From Candidatus Tenderia sp. (GTDB lineage: Bacteria; Pseudomonadota; Gammaproteobacteria; Tenderiales; Tenderiaceae), in assembly GCA_031416075.1 (NCBI GenBank), contig JANOSY010000066.1:1-36527 (forward strand): a stretch of 36,527 nt of DNA, in the 5' to 3' direction. A program made the translations under genes and the position numbers. Numbering within the stretch: the first letter of the stretch is position 1; each line of letters opens with the position of its first letter. Below, piece after piece: positions 27,328 through 36,527 of the stretch. The notes beneath the pieces are model-generated. The model searched no databases and was not told the DNA's origin. It worked only from the letters and a program-made list of their open reading frames with translations.

Positions 27328-30090
27328 CTACTCTTGAGTACGTGGTGGCAGTGGCGAGAAGTAACCGATCACCAGCATCAAGCCGCCTACCACCAGGAAG
27401 GAGACAATACGCGCCATGGTGCCGATGCCGGACAGATCAACAATGAAGAGTTTGATGACGGCCGCCGCCAGCAGCGCAGCACCGGCAAACCAGATCGGAC
27501 GTTGTGCCTGACGGGTGGCAACCACCATCACCAGCAGTGCCGTGAGTGTCCAGAGGATCGACGCCGACGCCTGGAACAGCACCGAATCACCCAGTGCCGC
27601 CACCGTAAAATCAACACCGCCCCAAAAGTGCACAGCACGCGCCACGGCGGCATTGAGCCAGGCAAATCCACCTAACGCCAACGCGCCGTAAAGTAACTCA
27701 GCAGGTGGCCGGTATTTTGTCGGCACATCGCTATCGCGTAACCACAACAACCAACGCGCCAGCAGCAACAGCACAAAAATTTGCGCCAGATCGAGTGGAT
27801 TGATCAGCGCAACATAGGGTAATGGATCGGCAGCACCATGCCTCAGGCAAGCACCCAACAGCCACACAAACAGATAGAGTGCGATCGGTGCGAGACCCAG
27901 GCCAAGATAGGCGTGGGCATGTTGACGCACCGGCCAGCGCAGTGCCAACCCCCACTTCATCAACACCGCCATCACCATGCCCGGCAACACCGCCCAGGCA
28001 ATCGTGCGCCAGGTCTCCGCCCCCGGCAGCATCTGGCGAATGGCCCAGTCGAGTTCCCAACTACCAAGCACTACCAACAACCACAACCCCAATGCATGCC
28101 AGAGCATGATCAACCGTGGCGGCCAGTGCGTTTCGAGTCGCCACAACAGGTAATAGCTCGCCGCCAGCGTCAGCACCCAGGCCAGCCAGCCCCAACCGGC
28201 AAAGGCGTGTGGGTGGAGGTATGACTCCAGCTCATAGACCAACAGCAGACACAGCAACGGCAGCAGCCCGAGTGGTGGATAACGCAGCTCCGGCCACTCA
28301 ATCCGCTGGGCCAGCCATGCCATTGCAACCGCACTGCCGGCAAGCAACAGAATCATGGCATTGGTAATATCGCTACCGTTGAGGTGCGCGTCGATTTCAC
28401 GACTGCTCGTGCCCAGCCACCAGAGCAGCCCCCACCCCAGCAAAATGGGCGACAGCAGCTGCGCCTTGCCACTGAGCAAGCTGCGATGACGCTGCAGATA
28501 CCACGCCGAAAACATACCCGCCACACTGATGATGAGGCCACCCAAAAAGATGCCATTCCAGATCGGCATCAGACCAGCGGAATCATACAGCGCCAACAGA
28601 AACGCACTGCCAGCGCCAAGCTGCAACAACACGCCAAAGGCACGCGCCAGGCGGCGCTGCTGACGCACACCGATCCATATCAGTGCCGCCCCCTCCATCG
28701 CCCAGGCCGCTGCCGTCCAACGACCATCCAGCGCCAGCGGTATGGCCAGACTGCCAAACACCACCCCGAGCGCCAGGAATGCCTCGGTGATCAGCCGCAA
28801 ACCCGGCGCGGCACGGCGCCACAGTTGCGACGCCAGCACCAGGTAGAACAACGCCAACGCCAGTGCGCTGTAGGCCAGACCAAATTCAAAATCGCTTACC
28901 AAACCGGTTTGCAGACCAAAGCCCACCAGCGGCACACCAAATACCAGAGCGCCATCAACATAGCCTTTAAGCTGCGGCGGCTGACGCGAGGCAAACAACA
29001 CCGCAATGGCGACATAGAGCAGGAAAAAAAACAGCAGAAACGGTTCGGTGCTGGCAAACAGCTCGGGGCGATAAAACTGGTATCCCCAGCTTGCGCCGAT
29101 CACAAAGGTGAAGAGAAAACCAAGCACGTTGAGTTCACGCCAGGCACGGAACCAGGCGATGCCGAGAATACCAACATTAAGCAATGCAAAATAGGAGAAG
29201 AGCATGACGTGTGATCCACCGCCCGTTGAGGTGAGCACCGGCGCGAGGAAACCACCGGCGCTGCCAAACACGGCCAGGACGCGGGCATCCTGCAACACCG
29301 CCAGCACTCCAGAGAGCGTCACCAGCGCAACCATGATGATCAAAGCAAAACCAGGCGGTAGTAACTGGTAGAGCTTGGCCGCGGCAAAAACGGTGAGATA
29401 CAACACACCCATCGCACCACCCTGTAAAACCAAACCGTAATTACCGGAGCGCGCCCGCAATCGCCACCCCAATACCAGCACCGCCAACGCCGCCAACACA
29501 ACAGCGCTGAGGCGCAACTCGATGGGCAGCAGATTCTGTTCAGCCGCGTACTTAAGCAGGAAGGAGACGCCAAAAAAGAGCACCACAATACCAATCCGGA
29601 CAACGGGATTGCCGCGCGTAAAAAAACCGATTACGTGATCAAACAGATTTGGTGTGCGTGCTGCTTCAGGTTTATGGGTGGCGCTGGCGGGCGTACTACG
29701 CCACGGATTTTGCGACGTGGATTCGGGTTTCATAGCCACGTCCTGACTGACCACCTTAGGCAGCACCTCAATTGGCAGCGGCTGTTGCACAGGCGTAGCT
29801 GGTTGGCCCTCGGCTATGGCGCTCTCATCGGCAACATCGGGCGTCCCGGCTGCTGCGGCAAGCTGGGCGGCTTGATGGCGCAACCCCTCTTCGAGCACCG
29901 ACAAACGCTTTTTATAACCACTGGCCATCACCTCCTGGCGCCGTTCGACCTGAACAATGCGCGCCGCTAACGATTGCACCGTGCCAATCACATAACCCAA
30001 CGCCGCCCCCATGAGTGCAGGCCCCGGCCCCCACAACACCCCCGCGATGGCCGCGATGAATACGATCAGAACAACTGTCAGCAGCGACAT
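27328..30090 (-). CDS. DUF2339 polytopic membrane protein
   Basis: GNPVVRIGIVVLFFGVSFLLKYA, GFLAPVLTSTG, KLFIVDL...RIVSF...GYFSPLPP. Confidence 0.88.
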   Translation of the reverse strand: MSLLTVVLIVFIAAIAGVLWGPGPALMGAALGYVIGTVQSLAARIVQVERRQEVMASGYKKRLSVLEEGLRHQAAQLAAAAGTPDVADESAIAEGQPATPVQQPLPIEVLPKVVSQDVAMKPESTSQNPWRSTPASATHKPEAARTPNLFDHVIGFFTRGNPVVRIGIVVLFFGVSFLLKYAAEQNLLPIELRLSAVVLAALAVLVLGWRLRARSGNYGLVLQGGAMGVLYLTVFAAAKLYQLLPPGFALIIMVALVTLSGVLAVLQDARVLAVFGSAGGFLAPVLTSTGGGSHVMLFSYFALLNVGILGIAWFRAWRELNVLGFLFTFVIGASWGYQFYRPELFASTEPFLLFFFLLYVAIAVLFASRQPPQLKGYVDGALVFGVPLVGFGLQTGLVSDFEFGLAYSALALALFYLVLASQLWRRAAPGLRLITEAFLALGVVFGSLAIPLALDGRWTAAAWAMEGAALIWIGVRQQRRLARAFGVLLQLGAGSAFLLALYDSAGLMPIWNGIFLGGLIISVAGMFSAWYLQRHRSLLSGKAQLLSPILLGWGLLWWLGTSSREIDAHLNGSDITNAMILLLAGSAVAMAWLAQRIEWPELRYPPLGLLPLLCLLLVYELESYLHPHAFAGWGWLAWVLTLAASYYLLWRLETHWPPRLIMLWHALGLWLLVVLGSWELDWAIRQMLPGAETWRTIAWAVLPGMVMAVLMKWGLALRWPVRQHAHAYLGLGLAPIALYLFVWLLGACLRHGAADPLPYVALINPLDLAQIFVLLLLARWLLWLRDSDVPTKYRPPAELLYGALALGGFAWLNAAVARAVHFWGGVDFTVAALGDSVLFQASASILWTLTALLVMVVATRQAQRPIWFAGAALLAAAVIKLFIVDLSGIGTMARIVSFLVVGGLMLVIGYFSPLPPRTQE

Positions 30091-30371
30091 TCCGTCACCC
30101 TCATGAATGGCACATGTGCGCCAATATTGATCTCAAAGACATACAAACACCCAAGCGCCTTCACTGGGGTGCCTAATGCAGATGGCGAGGCTAGCCCCAC
30201 AACATCACGCCAAAAACAGGGCCTCCATTCTAACGCATTGCCGTGGATCTGCCGCTGGCAGACGAACCTAGTAATTTGGAATGAAACCACCAGCGGGGTG
30301 ATATTGTCATTGCATTCCACCATTCTGCGGCTAAGCTATGCCGTTATCCTTATAAATGAGTTATCTGGACC

Positions 30372-33300
30372 GTGAAACAGCTAAAAAGCAGCGACATTCG
30401 CCTCGACATCAGCCAGCAAAGCTACGCTCGTGGCAAGGCCTATTACGATGAGCAACGAGTGATCGCACTAACCATCGACAATGAAACGGATGATCTGGTC
30501 GAGCTAAGTGCAACGGTCCGCGGCAGTGGCAACGCCCGTTACCAGCAGCAGATCGAAATAATCTGGGACGCTGATGACGTCACCATCAATGGCGATTGTG
30601 ACTGCCCGGTGGGTTATAACTGCAAACATGTGGCGGCCGCCTGCCTGAAATATCTGGCACAGTTTCACCTCTCAACGCCGGGCGCCACACTAAAAAAGGA
30701 GAGCACCGCCTGCCTCACCTGGCTCGATGAGTTCACCGCACCAGCCACTGCACAACCGCAACAAAACGCCGTTACCAGAGAGCAGCTCTTCTACATACTT
30801 AAACCGACCGGCCAAGTGGGTAAACTCCAGGCCGTTTTTTATACAGCGCGTCTATTGAAAAATGGCCGACTGAGCAAGCCACGCACCATCCACCTGCACA
30901 ACATCAATGATAGCTATCATCCCGCCCCCTATATTCAGCCGCTTGATCGGGATATAGGCAAACTGCTGCGCGCCAATAACGACAGCTGGCACGTTGTCTT
31001 GTTACATGGCGAACTTGGTTTTCTTGCGTTGAGCAAGATGGTGCAGAGTGGCCGTTGCCACTGGCTTGATCTGGAGTCAGTTGCGCTCTACCCCGGCGAA
31101 GAGCGTGAACTGGCATTGCAGTGGCAAGAGGATGCCAAGGGTAATAACAAACTCAATGTCGAGATCATGCCCGAAGGTCAGCTGCTACTCACCACACCGG
31201 CACTCTATCTTTCACACAAAACCCATAGCGTCGGCCCGGTGGTCAACGCCCCCTATTCCCAGACCCAACTGGAGAAGCTGCTGAACGCCCCGCCGGTTCC
31301 GGCGCAGCTGGTCACCGAATTCAGCCAAAAATTGGTGCGCAAGATTGCACCCACACTGCTACCACCACCACAGCAGGTAGAGAGCGAAGAGATCAACGGC
31401 GAGCACGCCATCCCCTGCCTGCAACTCTCGGCACGCGAACGCGAAGGTCATCTCTACCATATCCTGCGATTGCGCTACCGCTACGCCACGCACGAGATCA
31501 TGGCCTCGCCACAAGAGGAAACGGCGCTGCTTGAGATCAACGGCAAGATCATCCGCATTGAACGCGATATCAAGGGCGAGACCGCCGCCTTTGATGAGAT
31601 CGAGGCATTAGGCTTTAAACCACTGCTCGACCAGAACCAACACGACATCATCTTTCTCAGCATGAGCAACACAAACCCCATAGAGGGCGTAGTGCGCTGG
31701 CAATATTTTCTTGCCAAGGTGATCCCCGCGCTCCAGCAACGTGGCTGGCAGGTGGAGTTTGACAGCAGCTTCCAGATGCATTTTCACGAGGCCCAGCAGT
31801 GGCAGGCCGAGATTGAAGAGCATGGCAACGACTGGTTTGGCCTGCGCTTTGATGTCGAGGTGGAAGGGCAGTCCATCGCACTCCTGCCACTGGTGGCGCA
31901 GGCGCTGGAGCACTACCCACCGGATCAACTGCCCGACATCCTCACACTCCATCTCGGCGGCGCGCAGTATCTGAACATCGCCCGCGAACAGATCGAGCCG
32001 ATCATAACCACCCTTTACGAACTTTATGACCGCGACACACTGCAAGCCGATGGTTCGCTGCGGCTGTCACGTTACGATGCGGCACGCCTGACCGAACTGG
32101 AACAGACCAGCGACGTGCAGTGGCGCGGCGGTGAAGCACTACGCAAACTCGGACAACAGCTCAAAGATTTTCAGGGGATCAAAAAAATTGCGCCGCCCAC
32201 TGGGTTAAACGCCACCCTGCGCCACTACCAGCAACAGGGGCTCAACTGGCTGCAATTCCTGCGTGAATATGGCTTTGGTGCCATCCTCGCCGATGACATG
32301 GGGCTAGGTAAAACGGTACAGACCCTCGCCCACCTGCTGTTGGAGAAAGAGCAGGGGCGCCTCACCAAACCGTGCCTGATCATCGCCCCCACCAGCCTCA
32401 TGAGCAACTGGCGGCGCGAGGCACAACAGTTTGCACCGGCGCTCACAGTACTGGTGCTGCAAGGACCGGAGCGCCACCAGCTCTTCGACCAGATTACAGA
32501 ACACGACATCGTGCTGAGTACCTATCCCCTGCTGCCGCGAGATGAAGAACAGCTGTTGTCCCACCACTACCACGCCCTGATTCTGGACGAGGCGCAGATC
32601 ATCAAAAACCCCAAGGCCAAGGCGTCACAGATCGTGCGGCTGATCAAGGCCGATCAACGCCTCTGCCTTACCGGCACCCCGATGGAGAACCACCTGGGTG
32701 AACTCTGGGCACTGTTCGATTTCCTGATGCCCGGTTTTCTTGGCACAACACGCCAGTTCAACACGCTGTTCCGCACCCCCATCGAAGATCACGGCGATGG
32801 AGAACGGCGTCAGCGGCTGGCAAAACGGATCGCCCCCTTCATGCTGCGCCGCACCAAAGATGAGGTGGTCAAAGAGCTGCCAGAGAAGACCGAGATCATC
32901 CGCACCGTCACACTCGGTAAAAAACAGGCCGCACTCTACGAAAGCATCCGCCTCTCGATGGAATCCAAGGTGCAACAAGCCATCGCCAGCAAAGGGCTGG
33001 CACGCAGCCACATCACCATCCTCGATGCGCTACTAAAATTACGCCAAGCCTGTTGTGATCCACGCCTGCTACCACTGGCGCAAGCACAAAAGGTCAACGA
33101 ATCCGCCAAACTCGAACTGCTGATGGAGATGGTGCCAGAGATGGTTGAAGAGGGACGCCGCATCCTGCTCTTCTCCCAGTTCACAAAAATGCTCGGCCTG
33201 ATCGAATCCGAACTCAGCAAACACAACATCCCCTACACCAAACTCACCGGCCAGACGCGCAATCGTGATGAAGCGATTGAACGATTCAAAAGTGGTGAAG

Positions 33301-33614
33301 TACAGGTCTTTCTCATCAGCCTCAAGGCCGGAGGCGTCGGCCTCAACCTCACCGAAGCCGACACCGTCATCCACTACGACCCGTGGTGGAACCCGGCAGT
33401 GGAGCGCCAAGCCACCGACCGTGCCCACCGCATCGGCCAACAGAAGGCAGTGTTTGTTTATAAACTGGTCACAGAAAACAGCGTAGAAGAGAAAATCGTC
33501 GCCATGCAGGCAAGAAAGCAGGCACTGGCGCAGGGGGTGTACAACAAAACCGAACAGGGTGAAGAGCTGACTCTCACTGCCACCGATATGGAGCAGCTGT
33601 TTGCGCCGTTGTAG
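30372..33614 (+). CDS. SWIM zinc-finger SNF2-family helicase
   Basis: CDCPVGYNCKH SWIM, LADDMGLGKT, ILDEAQ, LTGTPMEN, LLFSQF, LKAGGVGLNL, WWNPAVE.QATDRAHRIGQ. Confidence 0.95.
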   Translation: MKQLKSSDIRLDISQQSYARGKAYYDEQRVIALTIDNETDDLVELSATVRGSGNARYQQQIEIIWDADDVTINGDCDCPVGYNCKHVAAACLKYLAQFHLSTPGATLKKESTACLTWLDEFTAPATAQPQQNAVTREQLFYILKPTGQVGKLQAVFYTARLLKNGRLSKPRTIHLHNINDSYHPAPYIQPLDRDIGKLLRANNDSWHVVLLHGELGFLALSKMVQSGRCHWLDLESVALYPGEERELALQWQEDAKGNNKLNVEIMPEGQLLLTTPALYLSHKTHSVGPVVNAPYSQTQLEKLLNAPPVPAQLVTEFSQKLVRKIAPTLLPPPQQVESEEINGEHAIPCLQLSAREREGHLYHILRLRYRYATHEIMASPQEETALLEINGKIIRIERDIKGETAAFDEIEALGFKPLLDQNQHDIIFLSMSNTNPIEGVVRWQYFLAKVIPALQQRGWQVEFDSSFQMHFHEAQQWQAEIEEHGNDWFGLRFDVEVEGQSIALLPLVAQALEHYPPDQLPDILTLHLGGAQYLNIAREQIEPIITTLYELYDRDTLQADGSLRLSRYDAARLTELEQTSDVQWRGGEALRKLGQQLKDFQGIKKIAPPTGLNATLRHYQQQGLNWLQFLREYGFGAILADDMGLGKTVQTLAHLLLEKEQGRLTKPCLIIAPTSLMSNWRREAQQFAPALTVLVLQGPERHQLFDQITEHDIVLSTYPLLPRDEEQLLSHHYHALILDEAQIIKNPKAKASQIVRLIKADQRLCLTGTPMENHLGELWALFDFLMPGFLGTTRQFNTLFRTPIEDHGDGERRQRLAKRIAPFMLRRTKDEVVKELPEKTEIIRTVTLGKKQAALYESIRLSMESKVQQAIASKGLARSHITILDALLKLRQACCDPRLLPLAQAQKVNESAKLELLMEMVPEMVEEGRRILLFSQFTKMLGLIESELSKHNIPYTKLTGQTRNRDEAIERFKSGEVQVFLISLKAGGVGLNLTEADTVIHYDPWWNPAVERQATDRAHRIGQQKAVFVYKLVTENSVEEKIVAMQARKQALAQGVYNKTEQGEELTLTATDMEQLFAPL

Positions 33615-34081
33615 CGAAATCAGCACGTAAAGTGGGCAGCAACACAACATCCAACTCCATTCGGCGCAATGGGTTGCCCACGCGGTGCGTCACCAGCAAC
33701 CACAGCGGTTTGATTTTCCGCGAAGACGCTCCAAAAACAATGCGAAGCTGACCCCTTTAGTTGCTTGCGCTGAAGTTTTGAAAGTAAACCATACCATTAT
33801 TCCTTATTCTTTAAGAACCACGAACAGGAAGGCATTTTACCGAGAATACGCCCCTCATGAACCCGAGCGCAAGCCGCCTTTAATGCTCTAAACATCCTGC
33901 ACCAAACTCAACGCCATCACTGTGCCAAAACCGTGAGACAATGATTTTGACATGGGATATTTACTGCTCTGACCTTGATGTTGGCTGCTGTCCTGTCGAG
34001 GATCGCCATGCTGTTTATCTTGATGGCTAGCGCAACCGTCTTTTCCATCACTGCGCATTATCGATTTTGTAATTTTGTGCG

Positions 34082-34189
34082 CGCTAACGCTTAGGCTGAG
34101 GGGCATTATGGAGTGGTGGATATTTTGTGCTATTCAGAGCACAAAATATATGCTGCTGAATAATGTCCCTCTCAAGCCAATTGTTAGCT
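34082..34189 (-). mobile_element. Integron attC site (about 108 bp)
   Basis: Minus strand: AGCTAAC (R'') AATT GGCTTGAGAGGGACATTAT ... ATAATGCCCCTCAGCC TAAGC GTTAGCG (R'). Extra-helical bases on one arm and a central 12-bp hairpin. Overlaps the DUF3800 stop codon. Confidence 0.85.
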
Positions 34190-35205
34190 CATTTTTTTAC
34201 CATGGCCCTACAAGAAGCAATCATAATTTTAACAAGCTCCTTACTTTCCCCAACAGGATATGACTTGGAGTTCAAGGAAACTAATCCTATAGGAGCGCTA
34301 TTAGATTTTTCTTGCACCATAAGACCACCAAGTAGTCTCGCTGCGGTTTCATTATCTGCGAAACCTCTTTTTAAGACTCTTCTGACTCCGGATGCTAATA
34401 AATCTGCTATCTGAATACCATCCACAGAGCGAGAATCTAGAAATTTAATATCTTTTCTAACAATTTTCTGGATATCGTACCCTTCTTCATCTTTCAAATG
34501 AGGAAATTTCTCCACTAAATATTCAGGTATTTCACCTTTTCCATAAATGTATTCACGCATAGGCCTATAATCGCACCAGTTTAATGCTGGCATAGGCTCT
34601 TCTAGAGAAAAGGTCTGTAATAGGGCAGGGCTAAGTTTTTCAAAAGCATCTTCGTAATTCAGCTTTTTCGCCGGTTCTTTCTGATCAACGCGCCACTTAA
34701 AGCTTTTCAGAGTATTTGGATACCTCTGAACGAAGTAGCAAATTCCTCTATTAACGACTTCTAGCATTAATATGATTTGACACACCATCTGGGTATAGAG
34801 CTGATTTGAAAGAGAATCTATTTGAGACGTAAGGTATCGAAGAGCCTCTTTACCGCCTTCATACAACATTTTATCGACACCACTTAATATTGATGATGCC
34901 AGCTTATTCTTATGGTTATCTATTAGCTCTTCTGTATTAAAGTGTGTATCTGTTGCTACACAGAACAAAACTCCTTTCTGCTTGTTAAGCTCATTCAAGA
35001 AATTAAAGTATTCATTTTCATCAATTTCATAAAGCTTAATTTCCTCCTGAACTGCGCAATTATTCCTCAGCTTAAGCTTTCTAAGTGCCTCCCTATATTT
35101 TCTCTTTTCGGACTCAGGAGTCACATATGAGGCGACAACACACCATGAATTAGTGGCTGCCCCTTTGGCAGTAAAACTCCCAGATTCATCAATAAATATT
35201 TCCAA
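34189..35205 (-). CDS. DUF3800-family protein (gene-cassette ORF)
   Basis: N-terminal IFIDESG and C-terminal DS....IQIADLLAS. AT-rich. TTG start at 35205 with AAGG RBS. Confidence 0.8.
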   Translation of the reverse strand: MEIFIDESGSFTAKGAATNSWCVVASYVTPESEKRKYREALRKLKLRNNCAVQEEIKLYEIDENEYFNFLNELNKQKGVLFCVATDTHFNTEELIDNHKNKLASSILSGVDKMLYEGGKEALRYLTSQIDSLSNQLYTQMVCQIILMLEVVNRGICYFVQRYPNTLKSFKWRVDQKEPAKKLNYEDAFEKLSPALLQTFSLEEPMPALNWCDYRPMREYIYGKGEIPEYLVEKFPHLKDEEGYDIQKIVRKDIKFLDSRSVDGIQIADLLASGVRRVLKRGFADNETAARLLGGLMVQEKSNSAPIGLVSLNSKSYPVGESKELVKIMIASCRAMVKK

Positions 35206-35220
35206 TTGAAAACACCTTAC

Positions 35221-35280
35221 TGAGCTAACATTAAATGGACCCCAAAGTGGGGTGATCAAATACCCAACTCTGGGGTATTT
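35221..35280 (-). other. Cassette 5' core site plus attI-like repeats
   Basis: GTTAGCTCA (35229-35221) is the exact reverse complement of TGAGCTAAC at the gene end. Two palindromic repeats, ACCCCAAAGTGGGGT and ACCCAACTCTGGGGT, lie 23 bp apart. Confidence 0.55.
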
Positions 35281-35416
35281 CCTACTTTAAAATTTATACT
35301 CGGTTGCCGTATGAATGACAAAACAAAAAACATGGCCACGCATAGGTTGTTGGTGTGAAGGCAGGTTATGTTTTTAATCTGGGTGTGTCTGCCTGTTGTG
35401 ATCTGAATGCAGGGCT

Positions 35417-35560
35417 ATAGGATGCGCTGAGGTACGAAGCGCATCGTGCCCAAAGCACTTCGCGGGGCAGGCTCTACCCAAAGCGCTTGCCCAAAGCACT
35501 GCGTGGGGCAGGCTCTTCGTGCAATACAACTGATGCGCCTCCTGCGTCGGCACATCCTAT
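35417..35560. repeat. REP-type inverted pair enclosing a 29-bp direct repeat
   Basis: ATAGGATGCGCTGA..GAAGCGCATC pairs with GATGCGCCTC..TCGGCACATCCTAT. TGCCCAAAGCACT..GGGGCAGGCTCT occurs at 35447 and 35488. Confidence 0.7.
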
Positions 35561-35769
35561 CTCATTACGCCGTTGATATTTACTACACGTGGGATTTGAT
35601 TCTGACTGGATTGTGTTTTTGATCTTCATGACATGCCCCCATGTATGTGGCTCACTATGACTAGTTGCGGTGTGGTGGTCAACATCAAAAAGAGGCTGGA
35701 TGACTCAAAGGATATTATAGAGTTCCTAAAAACATCTTTTGATCTCACATTTGATCCTGCCAGGGCCAC

Positions 35770-35969
35770 GCCACCGACCGCGCCCACCACATCGGCCAAG
35801 AGAAGGCAGTCTTTGTATATAAACTGGTGACCGGGAACAGCGTCGAAGAGAGGATCGTCGCCATGCAGGTAAGAAAATGGGCATTGGCGCAAGGGGTATA
35901 CAACAAGGCCGAACAGGGCGAAGCACTAACCCTCAACGCCCCCGACATGGAGCTGTTATTTGCATCGTT
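35770..35969 (+). pseudogene. Diverged duplicate of the SNF2 helicase 3' end
   Basis: Gapless 165/200 match to 33411-33610. Translates ATDRAHHIGQEKAVFVYKLVTGNSVEERIVAMQVRKWALAQGVYNKAEQGEALTLNAPDMELLFAS. Confidence 0.93.
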
Positions 35970-35982
35970 ACAACACGATGAG

Positions 35983-36527
35983 TGATCTGGCTAGACTACC
36001 CCGGACATACAGCCTCAAATAATGTTGAGGCATAACCGAGAGAGTGTTCCGATGAATGAACAGCAGAAACAAAAGCACTACCCCGCCGAATTCAGGGAGT
36101 CTGCTGTCAAGCTGGCAGTGGAGAGTGATCAACCGATCAGCAAGATTGCTGATGAGCTGGGGGTCAACAAGAACACACTGCCGCAAGTTCAAGGCGACGA
36201 CATACTCCAACCATAACAGGCCTGTCGTGCCTAATTTGCTGGCCCGCGAATTTGAGGTGGCCAAGCCGAACACCGTTTATGTTGCGACATCGCCTATATT
36301 GCGACCACAGAGGGGTGGCTCTATCTGGCGGTATGGATAGACCTCTACTCCCGCGCTGTCGTCGGTTGGGCCATGTCGGAACGGATCAATGCCCAGCTGG
36401 TCACGGATGCATTGACCATGTCGATCTGGAGGCTTGATGGTACACAGCGATCAAGGCAGCCAATATGCCTCAGAGCTGTATCAGGAGACCCTCAAGGCCA
36501 ATGGGGTTATTTGCAGCATGAGTCGCA
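35983..36527 (+). mobile_element. Degenerate IS3-family element with internal deletions and frameshifts, running off the window
   Basis: TG-initiated left end TGATCTGG..GGACA. orfA YPAEFRESAVKL..IADELGVNKNTL is joined directly to orf[51 protein letters not shown]. Confidence 0.9.

Noticed and set aside
28384-29214. 276-aa antisense ORF and other long shadow ORFs
   Set aside because: They lie opposite well-supported GC-rich genes and show no recognisable motifs.
35447-35516. Possible mini CRISPR array
   Set aside because: Only two units, the 12-bp spacer is itself a partial repeat, and there are no cas genes.
35633-35830. 65-aa ORF as an in-frame fusion to the SNF2 tail copy
   Set aside because: It reads the duplicated tail out of frame, and there is no support for a chimeric protein.

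Overview
Chromosomal window from a probable gammaproteobacterial chemolithoautotroph, with IS debris at both ends. It contains housekeeping genes (ldhA-like, ssb, yaaA, cysS, cyclophilin, lpxH) and a complete alpha-carboxysome locus on the minus strand: cbbL-cbbS-csoS2-csoSCA-csoS4A-csoS4B-csoS1-csoS1-bfr-like-acRAF-[unannotated 51-aa McdB-like ORF]-sbtA-sbtB-cbbR-csoS1D. It also carries a B12/light-sensing divergon (CarH/LitR and photolyase opposite GPx and DUF523-DUF1722), a DUF2339 gene with a broken DUF3999 partner, and a SWIM-SNF2 helicase. Best unannotated signals: (1) a gapless 200-bp, about 82% identical second copy of the SNF2 3' end brackets a 2.2-kb AT-rich insert containing an integron-type DUF3800 cassette (attC plus an attI-like site, no integrase in the window); (2) a 43-bp motif shared by the cbbL and sbtA promoters; (3) a small RRVWPD-ending McdB-like ORF with no mcdA nearby; (4) an 11-bp-period CarH-type operator; (5) the orphaned 3' end of an outer-membrane beta-barrel gene left by a deletion. 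All identities were counted by eye and no database searches were run.
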